Positions 25,469-38,659 of a DNA stretch of 64,000 nucleotides are shown here, in pieces. The DNA is from Torpedo marmorata. Lineage: Eukaryota. The stretch's first letter is position 1; the number at the start of each line of letters is the position of its first letter. The notes below the pieces were generated by a model. It was not told the origin of the DNA, made no database searches, and saw only the letters and a list, made by a program, of their open reading frames with translations. Made by a program: the position numbers and the translations under genes. The DNA is taken from positions 54,932,001 through 54,996,000 of the forward strand of contig OZ360238.1 in NCBI GenBank assembly GCA_977017645.1. Direction: 5' to 3'.

Positions 25469-27204
25469 AAAGTGATCTTAGCAACTACTGACAATACACT
25501 TCCTGTCTTGCTCTGCAGGTCAGTTGTGGTTTTGATGAGCATTTTATAACTAATGTGGATAGATCACCCATTGCATAAGTTACTCAGTTAGGTTCAGTGA
25601 GGAGAATTACTGGCTGAACACCTGCCAGGAGCCCTTCTCAACTATCCTCCTCCTTTTGCTTCCTGCAGTGTGTCTTTTGCTAAATAACCTCTGATCATTC
25701 TGCCAGTCATGCTGTTTTGCAAAGGGAAGGTGCTCCAATGCCCCCACTTCTGGAATCATTGGTTTGTGCAGAAGCTTTGATTTCAACAAGAATCACTTTG
25801 GAATCCGCTGCAGCACTCCCTGCAGACTCTTGGAAGCTGCAACAACACACCAAATCAAAGCCACAGCTGGAAGAAGTGGATTGCCAACATTGATGATCTC
25901 TGTAGTGCTATTGAGAGGGGCAGGGTGTGACTTTTTCATGCAACTCAATGCATGTTTAATCATGCAATGTCCAAAATTACATTGAGTGGTGACTGATGTG
26001 ATCTTCTTTGACATTCATCTGGTGCATATGCCTTGTATGCTTGCCAGTTCACTCACCTGGGATCCTTAACAAAAACTTAGTGCGGTGGGTGCCATTTTGC
26101 AACATGCACAGAATTGATAGCACACTTCAACTTGTGGGTTCTTGCAATTGTAGCATATCTACATGTTCTCTCTACCTGGATACTTCTGGCAAAAAAAATA
26201 CCTCTTTTACTTTGAATAGAGAGCCGCAATGAGCCATTTACAAACCAAAGAGAGACTGATAATATCTCAAGCACTAGTAAAGAGGACTTGGTGTCCAAAA
26301 TACAAATATTAATGATCTAAATTTTTCATTGACTATGTGTAGATGAAGTTAGAGCCCATGTTAGGCAATAAATTGAACAATCGCTGTAATTTTCACCTTG
26401 GGAAGGTGTGGGTACTTTCCTATTAGTTAAGTTCACAGTGAATCACTGTCCTTGTCCACAGGGTCTATCCCACAAAAAGACTTTAGTCATGTGCACTCAC
26501 TTAAATACTTTAAATTAATTGCTCTTTGGTATTTTCTGTATTATTTCACCTTGTCCATCTCCACTTCCTAATTTTAAATTGGGATTAGGTTTAAGTATCA
26601 CATCTATTCCAGTTCAGCTCTACAGGCACCACAAAGTGTCCACAGCTGATGGGCTGCTCTGAAGCTTGTCACAATGTTTGGCAAAGGTGAAAAGACAACA
26701 AAAACCATGACTGAATGATGAGCATGACCAGGAGATCAAGGAAGCAGTTAACCCTCAACAAAGTGTGACGGATTTGTGCTAATATTAATCTTTGGTTAAA
26801 ATTATATATATTTCTTAGTAAAGTTATTTTGTGGGTTGGATTCAGGGGCATACTTACAGACACACAAAGACACATTACATCATTTTGGAAGCAGACACCG
26901 AGGTTCCGTCAGTGGCAGCTGTAAGAAGCCGATCATTGTTCAGTTGAAAGCTGTACACACAGTTATAAACTAAAGACAATGGGATGTTTGCTCAGAAGCA
27001 TCTGTTCAAATAAGCAGGTCCTTTGCTTCATGACTTGTGCAGACAGATCAGTCATTTAAATTTGAAGTGGTTTTGAAGTAATTTCAAAGAGATAACAGCA
27101 ATGATGTCATGTCATGTGATGAGACATTTCAGAGAACATATTACTGAACCAGAGACATTTGAAACCAGAAGAAGTTGCTTTGCCATCCTGTAAGTAAGAC
27201 AGGA

Positions 27205-27640
27205 TTGAAGATACAGTAACCAGAAAGTTACAGGGAAAGTTTAAATAGGTTAGGACTTTATTCCCTGGAGCGTAGAAAAATGAGGTGCGAATTGATAGAG
27301 GTGTACAAAATTACGAGGGATATAGATGGAGTAAATGCAAGAGGGCTTTTTCCACTGAGGTTAGGCGTGACAAGAACCAAAGGACATGGGTTAAGGGGGA
27401 ACGGTGACACTTTAAAAGGGAACATAAGGAGGAACCTTTTCACGCAAAGAGTGGACAAGCAGCCAGCTGAAGTGGTAAATGCAGGTTCGATTTTGACATT
27501 TAAGAAAAATTTGGATAGGTAAATGGATGGACGGGGTTGGGGGGCTATGGTTCAGGTGCAGGGCACCAGGCAGAATAATAGTTCAGCAAGGACAAATGGG
27601 CCGAAGGGTCTGTTTCGACGCTGTAATGTTCCATGGTCCT
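27205..27640 (+). mobile_element. CR1 3' fragment
   Basis: LIEVYKI..GLFPL..TRTKGH..LFTQRV; tail. Confidence 0.85.
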
Positions 27641-27869
27641 TCTTTAGTTCTATTGACCTGACCTTCTGCACCATAATGCCCTCCGTCAACTTTTCTTGGC
27701 AAGGCCTTCAAGGACCAGCCTTGGTAAAGGCATTCATCGACCATAACATTTCCTACCACTTTCAATGATTCAGCACAGCCTTCGGTGGATTAATGACAAG
27801 AGTATCTGAAGATCATGGTTTTACACCTGGCACAAAATGCATGGTCCACATGACCTTTAGCGACCCTCT

Positions 27870-27980
27870 GTCTGCCTTACGGTAGACAAAAATTAAAGAA
27901 TTTCATGTATGTTACATTCTAAGTGTAGTATTACGTGACAATAATGGAACCTTTACCTTTACCTTTACCTTTACCTTGAC
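27870..27980 (+). mobile_element. Rex1-type 3' tail with (ctttac)n
   Basis: gaatttc..gtgacaataat followed by (ctttac)4. Confidence 0.55.
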
Positions 27981-27999
27981 CTACAGCAGGCAGCTCAAT

Positions 28000-28520
28000 G
28001 ATGAGAAAATTATTAACGCTGTCTCAGAAAGATCATTGGAAGGGCAAGCGACCCTGCGTCAATGACCCTCTCAGCCCAAGATTCCCAGCACTAAGGCTCT
28101 CATTTCACTCGGCCGGCTAGGTTGGGCTTGTTATGTCCAACACTCAACACCCAAAATAGAAGCTCTGTTTGAAGCTCTGTCATGGAATATCACCAGGTGG
28201 ACACAGAAAAAAGACACAAGGATGTGCTCAAAGTCTCCTTGAAGTAATGTAACATTACCATTGATCTGGGAACTTCTGCCCACATTCACTTAAAATAGAG
28301 AAGGAGGTGTTGAGAACCTTGAAGGCAAGCATTGGAGCACACGGAGGCTCCACATAAGTGGTGGAAGGAGCACATCATATCACAAACTGGCTACTTGCTT
28401 ACCTCCTGCCCCATCTGCGGAAGAGGCAAGATTTCCGACACTGGCTTCTTCAGCTATCTTAGAGGCTTCAAAACAAGAGTGGTACATCATCCTTGATCCC
28501 AAGGGACTGCATGGAAGAAG
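28000..28520 (+). mobile_element. Old RTE-clade LINE 3' remnant
   Basis: Degenerate PGG..K...KDVLKVSLK.CNI and C..CG motifs. Confidence 0.55.
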
Positions 28521-29239
28521 GTTACAGTTCATTTATTCAATGGAAAAGTGAAAAAGCATGTCCACTGTAACCAATGTTAATGAAATTCAGAAGGGATAGT
28601 TTACTCAGAAGCAAAACAGTCATATAAAGTTCAAACATTGTGCCAGGTCTGATGGTGTCGATGATCTGAAGTACCATTGTTAGAAGTAGAACAGAAAGTG
28701 AAGGAGAAGTAGAGGAATGGAAGGACAGTGGAAAAAATTTGAAAATATAGAACAACTGACAGATGAGGCACAATGTCTAGTGTCGTTGGTTTATTCTTGG
28801 AGCATTTGAAGAAAGTTATTCATTCATCTTTCCTCATAGTTAAATTCTCTGTAATATTCGGCTTGGTAACATCCATTATTTGGATTTCATGGGGATCCCC
28901 AAATGGCAAAAGTGATGGTTGAAATGCATTGATGAACACTTCCAATGGGGAGTGTGCAATGTTCCACATGTAAAGCGATCATCACGTGATATGTGTACAT
29001 TTTAGAGCTGCACCTTCCAGCCTGTATCTCTTTTAGCCTGCTTAACTGAACACAATGCTAACTGCAGTTAAGACCTCTGCCTGTGTTGTGTGGTTGTCAC
29101 CTACTTACAGGCTAATGGCTAATTTCAAGCTGTTGAAAAAAAGGTTTGGATTACATTTATAATAGCCATCATACAGGCCTTTTAAGAAGCAGTATTGTTG
29201 GAGAGCAGACTAGTATCTGCAGTCATGAAAGCAATGGTC

Positions 29240-29797
29240 TCAGAATCAGAAATCAGAATCAGAATTTATTGTCATGAACAAGTCACGAAATTCGTTGTTT
29301 TGCGGCAGCATCATAGTGCAAACATTCATATTATCCATCTTACAAAAATAAATAAAAATAGTGCACGAAAGTCAAAGGCCGTGCTTTTGGTTCATTGATC
29401 ATTCAGGAATCTGATGGCAGTGGGGAAGAAGCTGTCCTTGTGCCGCTGAGTGCTCGTCTTCAGGCTCCTGTACCTTTTTCCTGATGGTAGCAGAGTGAAG
29501 AGCGCATGGCCTGCGTGGTGGGGGTCCTTGAGGATAAAGGCTCCTTTCTTAAGACACTGCCTCTTGTAGATGTCCTCGATGGAGTGAAATCTGGTGCCCG
29601 TGATGTCGCAGGTCGAGTTAACAACCCTCTGGAGTTTTTTTCTTGTCCTGAGCATTGGCACCTCCGTACCAGACAGTGATGCAACCAGCCAGAATGCTCT
29701 CCACGGAGCATCTGTAGAAGCTTTTGAGAGTCTTCAGTGACATACCGAATCTTCTCAAACACCTCACAAAGTATAGCCGCTGGTGAGCCTTCTTCAT
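29240..29797 (-). mobile_element. 5'-truncated Rex1 of the same subfamily as 56043-58878
   Basis: [25 protein letters not shown]; (tcagaa)n tail. Confidence 0.92.
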
Positions 29798-30077
29798 CTG
29801 AACATTAATCTGAACATGACTCATCTTCAGGGTTGCTAAAAGGAAGGTTATCCCATACCATAGACATGCCTTCCATAGAAACGAAAGACTATCTGCAGTT
29901 ATCTTTCCCATTCACAGTACTGTATAACTTTAGTATTGAGTAACTCTGTTACTTTCTCCTTCAGGTAGATGGTTATGAGTAGTCACCAATTTACTTATAC
30001 CTTGCTCACAGTAATTATTTACCAGGATTTCAAATGATGCCCATGGATGGCTGTCTTGCTCTGGTGCTGATCCAGTG

Positions 30078-31585
30078 ATGAATAAAGAGTCACAGCACAA
30101 AAAAGTAGTTTGATATATTTTTTTGTTCAACCTACTGATGTTATGGGGTGTGTAGTCTTATATTCAACTACCAATGACTAACAAAGTACAGAGGTAGAAA
30201 TTATCTTCATTCGATGGCCACCAATTGCCTTCCACCTGAGTAATGTAGCAGGTGTCATATAAGGAATAAGGGCATAATTTGAAGTTGAAAGAGGATTTCT
30301 CCACTAATCACGCCACAATTCAGTGAGACAAAACTGACAGGACATTGAGTCCAAATATTTTCTAAATGGATACCTATGAAGTGCCCATCTTCTGAGACAT
30401 GAGACAAGGAACCAGGAAACTTCTGTGGTGCGATATGACATGACGTTGATTGCTGTCAGTTATCTTTTCATATTGACATACACCTTCTAACATATTAGAA
30501 CAGAAATTGCTGTGAGCTACCTGTGCTCATCACTTACCCGTTTGTTAGGTCTGTATATACCTTTTGTGGATCCATTGTTGTCAACGTTTTGTTAAGTACA
30601 GGCTCAATCCTCTATGATAAGACCCTGTGCCGTGACTAAACTTTGAGCAATGTAATTAGGTCACGCGGAGAAGCAGAACAAACCCCGCCCACAAAACTGC
30701 TGAGTAAATTCTTGACAGGTTGCTGAACCATGCCTCTTAACTAAGCCAGCTATCACGCATAATCCTTAACATTCGATAACATTTAGAAGCTATTAAAAAC
30801 CAATGAAACAAGACTTGTTAGAAAAAATACATAAAATATAAATAATTAAGAACAACTATTTTAATTGATCTCAGATAATTCAAAAATTTTTAATTACTTA
30901 AGGCTTCCCCAATTCCTTTGAAGTCACTCTTCTCAATTGAAATGAATGGGTTCAGTGTTCAAATGTCAGGATTTAGCTGGGAAATGGTCAGAGTCGATTG
31001 GTTCACAATTCTGAGATGTTACTGTTCACAGAGAAATCCTGAAATTGGTGGAACGTATGTGGAGAAACTCTAGCAGTTCCACGTAAACCAGCTGGTATTT
31101 TCCAGCAAGTTTGGAGCGTTGCTTTTATAGAACTAAATCAACAGCTTATCTCCAGGTGAATGTTTATGTTACAACACAACAGGATGTGTCTATCTTTCCC
31201 TTGGTGTTGAGCTAATTTTTTATTGAGCAATTATTACAAGAGAGGCCTGCTATATACAGTTATAGTTCAGTTGCTCAATTCATGTGTAGGAAGTATTATT
31301 TACGCATGCTGTTTCAACATGTCCTGTCAGGTTTGTCTCACTGAATTGTGGCGTGATTAGTGGAGAAATCCTCTTTCAACTTCAAATTACGCCCTTATTC
31401 CTTATATGACACCTGCTACATTACTCAGGTGGAAGGCAATTGGTGGCCATCGAATGAAGATAATTTCTACCTCCGATCTTTGTTAGTCATTGGTAGTTGA
31501 ATATAAGACTACACACCCCATAACATCAGTAGGTTGAACAAAAAAATATATCAAGCTACCTTTTGTGCTGTTACTCTTTATTCAT
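30078..31585. repeat. Long inverted repeat (30078-30345 vs 31319-31585) around a 973-bp non-coding spacer
   Basis: The arms are reverse complements with only a few mismatches; no TSD and no ORF. Confidence 0.93.
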
Positions 31586-32273
31586 GAACAAATAAGTAAA
31601 CCGTTTTAATTTAGATGAATGAATAGAATATTTGAAAGATTAAAACAAAACATAATTACCCAACCTCAAAATTTGTTTAACTACACTCAACCATTATTCA
31701 TGAGACATGGAGGCATGGATTTGCTGTGAATAACTAAAAACAAGCATAAAACCAAGACTACTGGCAATGACACAGTGGGTCACACCCTCCATGGTCATAA
31801 CAGCATCTAAGTATGTTTCAGCTCCTCAAAACAAGCTGAACCACACAAGCACTCCTGACTCCTGCTCTGCCACACACCGGGCACACACACCAGACCCGCA
31901 GTGCTCCTGATCCCAACCCAAACCCCGGTTTGGCTGAACACATAGTCAACACTCAAACGTCCGGTGTTCCTGATCCATCACCCAGGCCCATACTCTGGAC
32001 CCTGAATGTGGTCACACACCTGGACATTCCTGACTCCTGACATTGCTGACCCTAACCCTGGCTCCAGCTACACACCCAGTATCAACACTTTCTTGTACAG
32101 TACACAGTTGACCTCACAAGTATGTGATTTGCAGATAGTGAGTCAGCAGATAACAAGGATTTTTCTGAAATGCACTGTTAGATCAGTGGAGAGATTGTTT
32201 TCTTCTCAAATTCACTTTCATACCTAAACTTCATTACTTGGGATGGTGAGTCACCATACCACATCTGGCAGCA

Positions 32274-32349
32274 CCTCTCTCTCTCCCACTCTCTCTTTCT
32301 CTCTCTCTCTCTTGCTCTCGCTCTTTCTCTCACTCGTTCTCTCATCTCT
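32274..32349. repeat. Imperfect (CT)n microsatellite
   Basis: Read directly from sequence. Confidence 0.85.
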
Positions 32350-32875
32350 TAGCGTTAACGTTTATAAGCTATTCACAGCAAGGAAGAAGCTCTTTTTCAT
32401 TCAGGGTTGGATTTCACTCAGCAGATTGAGGTTCAGGTCACCATAGGGAGGCCCTCACCACTAGCCAGAGAGTAGTAGTCAGGTCAGGACTGCAGCAGGA
32501 ATTCTAATGGGAGCCACAAGAGTGCATCCAAGCGGCGACCTCCATGTACTGTTTAGATCACAATCAGTACTAAAGCCTAAAAGCAGCCAGGTTTTCAGGG
32601 TGAAACGAATGCCCACCTTTGGGTCTTTGTCCCCCAAAGAGTGGGCCAATGGAGCTTCTGATGAAGCCAGCCAAACCCTTCTCCTGGTGGTTCCTCTGGC
32701 ACTCAGTGGTGGTAGGCAGGAAGGGAATCAGGTATCCCTCCTTGCCATCATCCACAGGTGACAGAGTTGAGGATGGACCAATTGCTTTTTGCACGCAGAT
32801 GATGGTGTTAAATTGACATCACATTGATGAGGTCGGCCTCACTGTTAATCTGCCTTTGCTAGATTCAGTTAAGTA

Positions 32876-33153
32876 TTTAAAATTTAAATTTAAAATTTAA
32901 ATTTAGACATACAGCACGGTAGCAGGCCATTTCGGCCCACAAGTCCGTGCCACCCAATTTACACCCCATTAACCTACACCCCCGGTACGTTTTGAACGGT
33001 GGGAGGAAACCGGAGCCCTCAGAGAAAACCCATGCAGACACGGGGAGAATGTACAAACTCCTTACAGACTGCGCGGGATTCAAACCACAGTCCAGTCCCG
33101 ATCGCTGGCGCTGTTAAGGCGTTGCGCTAACCTCTATGCTAACCGTGCCGCCC
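32876..33153 (-). mobile_element. Full-length V-SINE/HE1-like SINE
   Basis: Same family as 8719; (aattta)n tail. Confidence 0.92.
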
Positions 33154-33184
33154 AAGATCATACTTGCAAAGTTTGGATGCTATA

Positions 33185-33400
33185 GCGGAGGTTGAGTTTC
33201 CTCCAGGTGCACTGGTTTCCTCCGAGATCCCAAAGGTGTGCAGGTTGGTACATTAATTCGCACTATACATTGCCCCCAGTGTAGTGAGTGGGAGAGTTGA
33301 TGGGGGTAGAATCAAATGGGATGAGTACTGTTATATATGGGTGCTTGATGGTTGCTCTGGATTCAATGAGCCAAATGGCCTGTTTCTGAGCTGTATGCGT
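33185..33400 (+). mobile_element. Older SINE fragment
   Basis: gtttcctccaggtgcactggtttcctcc..cccaaag; CR1-like tail. Confidence 0.65.
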
Positions 33401-33789
33401 CGATGGTTCTTTGAATATCCAGCCTTCATGACCTCTGATATGGCATTATCGCGCAAACCCTGAGAATAATGTTCGTTGGCCAGGAATTAAAGGGAACCTC
33501 ATGTGATTTGTTTTCTCTCTCAATTTGGTCCACGGGCCCAATACAGTTAATCCAACAATTCTCCAGAAGACATCAGTGAAATCAGCAGATCTAAGACTGA
33601 GGTTCCCCAACATGTGCCAAGGGGAGCTGCTTACTTTGTTTGAAAACCGTGCCTCTTCAGAGGCCAATCCTTTGCACTGAGGTCAGAGAAGCAGTCCAAG
33701 GTGTGCCACACACTTCTTAAAGAGGCAGGTTGTCAGCCACGCCATCCTCCTTGTACCTAGCAATCAGTGAGCAAGCTGGACACCTGACT

Positions 33790-33885
33790 GAGCAAAAACG
33801 AGCTGCTGGAGGGACTAAGTGGGTCAGTCAGCATCTGGGGAGGGTAAGGGATATCGAGAGTTTGGGTCGAAACTGTGCATCAGGA
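33790..33885 (-). mobile_element. Decayed Penelope pLTR with a degenerate hammerhead
   Basis: Reverse complement reads cctgatgcacagtttcgacccaaac..cagatgctg..ccagcag. Confidence 0.5.
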
Positions 33886-34189
33886 GAGCCTGACTGAGTT
33901 CTGCGGGATGATTCCACGACAGACTATCTGCGTCAGTCCCCAATTATTGGTGTGTAGAGAAGGTCACATGAGCAGCCTTCCCGTATGATGATGTTGTCAG
34001 CATTGAAACCACACCCCACCAAAACCTGTTTCTCAACTTTAAGTCAGCTTGCTAACTAATTCTTGTCCAATTCTAGTGCGAGAGAGAGAGAGAGCAAGAG
34101 CAAAGCAAGTCCTTCGGCTCACCACATTGGCTTTCCACTAGCCATTTATTTTAATTTGACGTTTATCCCACTTTTGTTCTCCGCACATT

Positions 34190-34390
34190 CTCATCAACTC
34201 TCATCCATATTCTACGTACCCACCAATTAACCTACCACCTGCGCATGCTTCAGAAGTGGAAGGAAGATGGAACACCTGGAGGAATCCCATATGGTCACAG
34301 GGAGAACCTGCAAACTCCACACAGGTCAGCACCCAAGGTCAGCATTGAACTCAGTACTCCAGCACCATCTCTGTTAGCTTGTGCCACTCA
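34190..34390 (-). mobile_element. Old SINE remnant
   Basis: gtcacagggagaacctgcaaactccacacag (V-domain, reverse complement). Confidence 0.6.
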
Positions 34391-35577
34391 TAATACTTTA
34401 TGAACTCAAGTATTTTCAAAATCTGAATAACTTAAAGTCAACCAAAGAAGTAAATATTTCTGTGGGGAAGAAATCCAATACAGTGCAACATACCATGTTA
34501 GAATTCTTAGGCTATGTAAAAGGAGGTTTAATTCCAGAGAAAGGATTGCAATCAACAATTCAGACATTCATATTATTATCAGAGGGTTAGGGTTAGGTTT
34601 AGGGTTGATCTATTTCATCTGAGAGCATTTGGTAACAGTCCTGCGGGGAGATATTCAGACCCAAAGTTATGTCTCATGTTCCAATCCAACAGTGCATCCA
34701 TTTCACATGTAGTAGGTTTAAACACATGCAAGCTTTATTTGTCTCTGATAACTAATTCCTAAATAAAAAAGATGTTGAGAATGCCTCCAAGATAAATTGA
34801 AATTACTCTTGTTATAAAATTGGGCAAATACGGCAACTGTTAATTATCCCCATACAAATGCTATCTAAATGCATTTAACCACTTCTGATTTTAATTTAAT
34901 CATAATTTGTATATGTTGTCAGCTTTGTCTGGGACTGAGCATCAACCAAAAATTAACGAATGTAATTGCAGAATAGAACCATAGAAAACTACAGCACAGA
35001 AAACAGGCCATTCAGCCCTTCTAGTCTGTGCCGAAACATCATTCCTCTAGTCCCACTGACCTGCACCCATTCCATAACCATCCAGACCTTTCCCATCCAT
35101 GTATCTACCTAATTTATTCTTAAAACTTAAGAGTGAGCCCGCATTTACCACATCAGATGCCAGCTCGTTCCAAACTCCCACCACTCTCTGAGTGAAGAAA
35201 TTCCCCCTAATGTTCCCCTAAACCTTTCACCTTTCACCCTAAAGCCAAGTCCTCTCATATTTATCTCTCCCAATCTAAGTGGAAAGAGCCTACTCGCATT
35301 TACTCTGTCTATTCCCCTCATAAATTTGTAAACCTCTATCAAATCTCCCCTCATTCTTCTACGCTCTAAGGAATAAAGTCATAACCTGTTTAATCTTTTC
35401 CTGTAACTCAACTCCTGAAGACCCGGCAACATCCTAGTAAATCTTCTCTGCACTCTTTCGATCTTACTGATATCCTTCCTATAGTTTGGCGACCAGAACT
35501 GCACACAATACTCCAAATTTGGCCTCACCAATGTCTTATACAACCTCACCATAACATCCCAACTCCTGTACTCAATA

Positions 35578-35617
35578 GTCATGTCAAGTCAAGTCAAGTC
35601 ACCTTTATTTGTCATTC
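35578..35617 (-). mobile_element. 40-bp tail-only Rex1-type insertion with (gtcaa)n
   Basis: Splits the CR1 sequence ctcaata|ctttg with an ata duplication; reverse complement is gaatgacaaataaaggtgac(ttgac)n. Confidence 0.65.
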
Positions 35618-36992
35618 ATACTTTGATTTATGAAGGCCAAGATGCCAAAAGCAAAAGCTTTCTTTACAACCCTGTCTACCTGTGATGCCACTTTCAGGGA
35701 ATTATGTATCTGTATTCCCAGATCCCTTTATTCCTCCGCACTCCTCAGTGCCCTACCATTTACTATGTATGTCCTACCTTGGTTTGTCCTTCCAAAATGC
35801 AACACCTCACACTTGTCTGCATTAAATTCCATCTGTCATTTTCTGGCCCATTTTTCCAGTTGGTCCAGATCCCTCTGCAAGCTTTGAAAGCCTTCCTCAC
35901 TGTCCACAGCGCCTCCAATACAATTTCCCACATTATTATCCAGATCATTGATATAGACAACAAACAACAATGGTCGCAGCACTGATCCCTGAGGCACACC
36001 ACTAATCACAGGCCTCCAGTCTGAGAAGCAATCATCCACTACCACTCTCTGTCTTCTCCCATTCAGCCAATTTCGAATCCATTTTACAACCTCTCCATGG
36101 ATACCTAGTGTCTGAACCTTCTGAACTAACCTCCCATGTGGGACCTCGTCAAAGGCCTTACTAAAGTCCATGTAGACAACATCCACAGCCTTTATCTACT
36201 TTCTTGGTAACCTCCTCAAAAAACTCTATAAGATTCGTTAAACACGACCTAACACGCACGAAGCCATGCTGACTATCCTTAATCAGCCCTTGGCTGTCCA
36301 AATACTTGTATATCCTATCTCTCAGAACACCCTCCAATAATTTACCCATTACTGACGTCAGACTCACCGGCCTGTAATTTCCTGGTTTACTTTTGGAGCC
36401 TTTTTTAAACAACAGAACAACATGAGCTACCCTCTAATCCTCCGGCACTTCACCTGTGGCTTAGGACATTTTAAATATTTCTGCCAGGGCCCCTGCAATT
36501 TCTACTCAAGGTCCGAGGGAATATCCTGTCAGGCCCGGGGGATTTATCTACCTTTATTCGCTGTAAGGCAGCAAGCACCTCCTCCTCTTTAATCTCTATA
36601 TGTTCCATGCCACTACTGCTTGTTTCCCTTCCTTCCTTGTACACCATGCCAGTTTGCTGAGTAAATACGGATGCAAAAAAACTGTTTAAGATCTCCCCCA
36701 TCTTGTTAGGCTCCACACATAGACGGCCACTCTGATCTCCTAGGGGACCAATTTTGTCCCTTACTATCCTCTTACTCTTAACATACTTGTAGCAACCCTT
36801 CGGGTTTACCTTCACATTATCTGCCAAAGCAACCTCATGTCTTCTTTTTGCCTTCCTGATTTCCTTCTTAAGTATTTTCTTACATTTTCTATACTCTTCT
36901 AGTGCCTCATTTGCTCCTTGTTGCCTATACCTGCTATACACCTCTCTCTTCCTCTTTACCAGATTGCTAATATCCCTTGAAAACCAAGGTTC

Positions 36993-37777
36993 AAGATTCA
37001 ATTTATTGTCATAGTAATAAGACAGTGTCATATTCCATGAAATTTCTTTTTGCCTGCTGCAAGGCTGACAGATTCGCTACCGGCAGAAATTGCCTAAGCG
37101 ACTCTAACATTCCTTACAGTCAGAGAAAGAGAAGCAAAAGCGAGTCCCCCCAGAGTCACCGAGTGTCCATAGATTCGCCTCCAGCGCTTCCGCAGCCTCC
37201 GCAGCCACACAGAGTCCGGTCCAAACCATCGGCAACTCGAGCTCCAGATCCGTACCTCCAACACGGTCAGGTTGCCCTCGGCACCCCCTCGCATCCCGGT
37301 TCCGATACCTGGTACTCCTCCAGCCAATTCGAGCCAGCCTCCAGCAGTTCGCAGCCCGGCGTGAGTCCCCCGACAGCAGTCTCCAACAACCCACAGCCTC
37401 CGCGGGTTCCTCGCCTCGAGTCGCCAGCAGCCCGCCGCATGCACTGGTCCTTCAGCCTCAGAGCCCCTCACCGGTCGGCCACTGTGATCACCGTCCCGTG
37501 GGTCGTCTCCTCCGCTTTTCCTTCTCAGACTGGGGGTGATCTTCCAGTCCTCTGCTTCCCCGGAGTCTGTAGCCCCTCGTGGCTGCTGCTGGTTAAAAGG
37601 CGCTGCCATCTTGGGCGCAGACCCCGTGGTCGCGGGATCGTAAATAAAACCACTGTCGGCTCCCTCAACGGGCCGTTCAAAGCCCGTGCGGAATCAATGG
37701 TAGTCGACTGGACCCCGCAGGAGCGCTGTATCTCCGCTGCCTCGCTCCCCACGGGTCTGCACCAGCGGCAGCGCTGA
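36993..37777 (-). mobile_element. Non-coding GC-rich retroelement with a Rex1-type 3' tail (non-autonomous)
   Basis: Splits the CR1 ORF; tail gacaataaattgaatcttgaa; second copy at 62319-62849. Confidence 0.8.
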
Positions 37778-38449
37778 CTATGCCTGTTAATTTTGCCTTT
37801 AATCCTGACAGGAACATGCAAACTCTGCACTCTCAAAATTTCGCCTTTGAAGGCCTTCCACTTACTAAACACATCCTTCCCAATCTACTCTTCCTAGATC
37901 CTTTCTCATTTCCACAAAATTGGCCTTCCTTCAATTTAGAATCTCAACTCGAGGACCAGACCTATCCTTATCCATAATTAATTTGAAACTAATGACATTA
38001 TGGTCACTGGACCCAAAATGTTCGCCTACACATACTTCTGTCACCTGACCTGTCTGGTTCCCTAATAGGAGATCTAGTATTGCATCCTCTCTCGTTGGTA
38101 CCTCTATATATTGATTTAGAAAACTGTCCTGAGCACATTTGACAAGCTCCAAGCCATCCAGCCCTTTTACAGTATGGGAGTCCCAGTCAATATGTGGAAA
38201 GTTAAAATCTCCTATTATCGCAACTTACTGTTTCTTACATCGGTCTGCTATTTCTCTACAGATTTGCTCCTCCAATTCTCTCTGACTATTTGGCAGTCTA
38301 TAATACAACCCTATCAGTGTGAAATGTTCTTTTGTGACATGGCTGGAATGATTTTTGAAAACACAACCAATTAAACGCAAGCTCATTAGAAGGCTTATTA
38401 CAAATTATTTAACTGATGTAACAGCTTCATGAATAGTGAAAGGTGTTAC

Positions 38450-38650
38450 TTGCACTTCTTAACTGTACTTTTCTCTTTAACACTATACACTGCATTTTTC
38501 TTGTACTGTAACACTATCCCCTGCACTTTTGTTTTATTTTTGCACTGCCTGTTGTACTATGTACAGGTTGACTAACTGGATCACAAGCAAAACAAAGTTT
38601 TTCACTATATCTCAGTACACAAGACAAAAAAAAATTCAATTCAATTCAGA
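38450..38650 (+). mobile_element. Rex1-type 3' UTR remnant with (aattc)n tail
   Basis: caaaacaaagtttttcact..ctcagtacac..gacaa..(aattc)3. Confidence 0.55.
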
Positions 38651-38659
38651 TCCATCTAT

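Larger units (their letters stand above)
34971..38322 (-). mobile_element. CR1 LINE (endonuclease to 3' end), decayed, with two nested insertions
   Basis: GDFNFPHIDW, KSPGPD, NYRPVSLTS, DFSKAFD, GVPQGS, RGDLIEV; 3' tail at 34971. Confidence 0.93.

Noticed and set aside
25010-25549. 179-aa ORF as a gene
   Set aside because: It reads through an antisense SINE, and the unique part has no recognisable motif.
26764-27200. Possible LTR beginning TGTGAC
   Set aside because: No matching CA terminus, TSD or second copy was found.
36977-37777. 266-aa Pro/Ser-rich ORF (and 62433-62921)
   Set aside because: It is antisense to a GC-rich retroposon, and the reading frame is not consistently conserved between the two copies.
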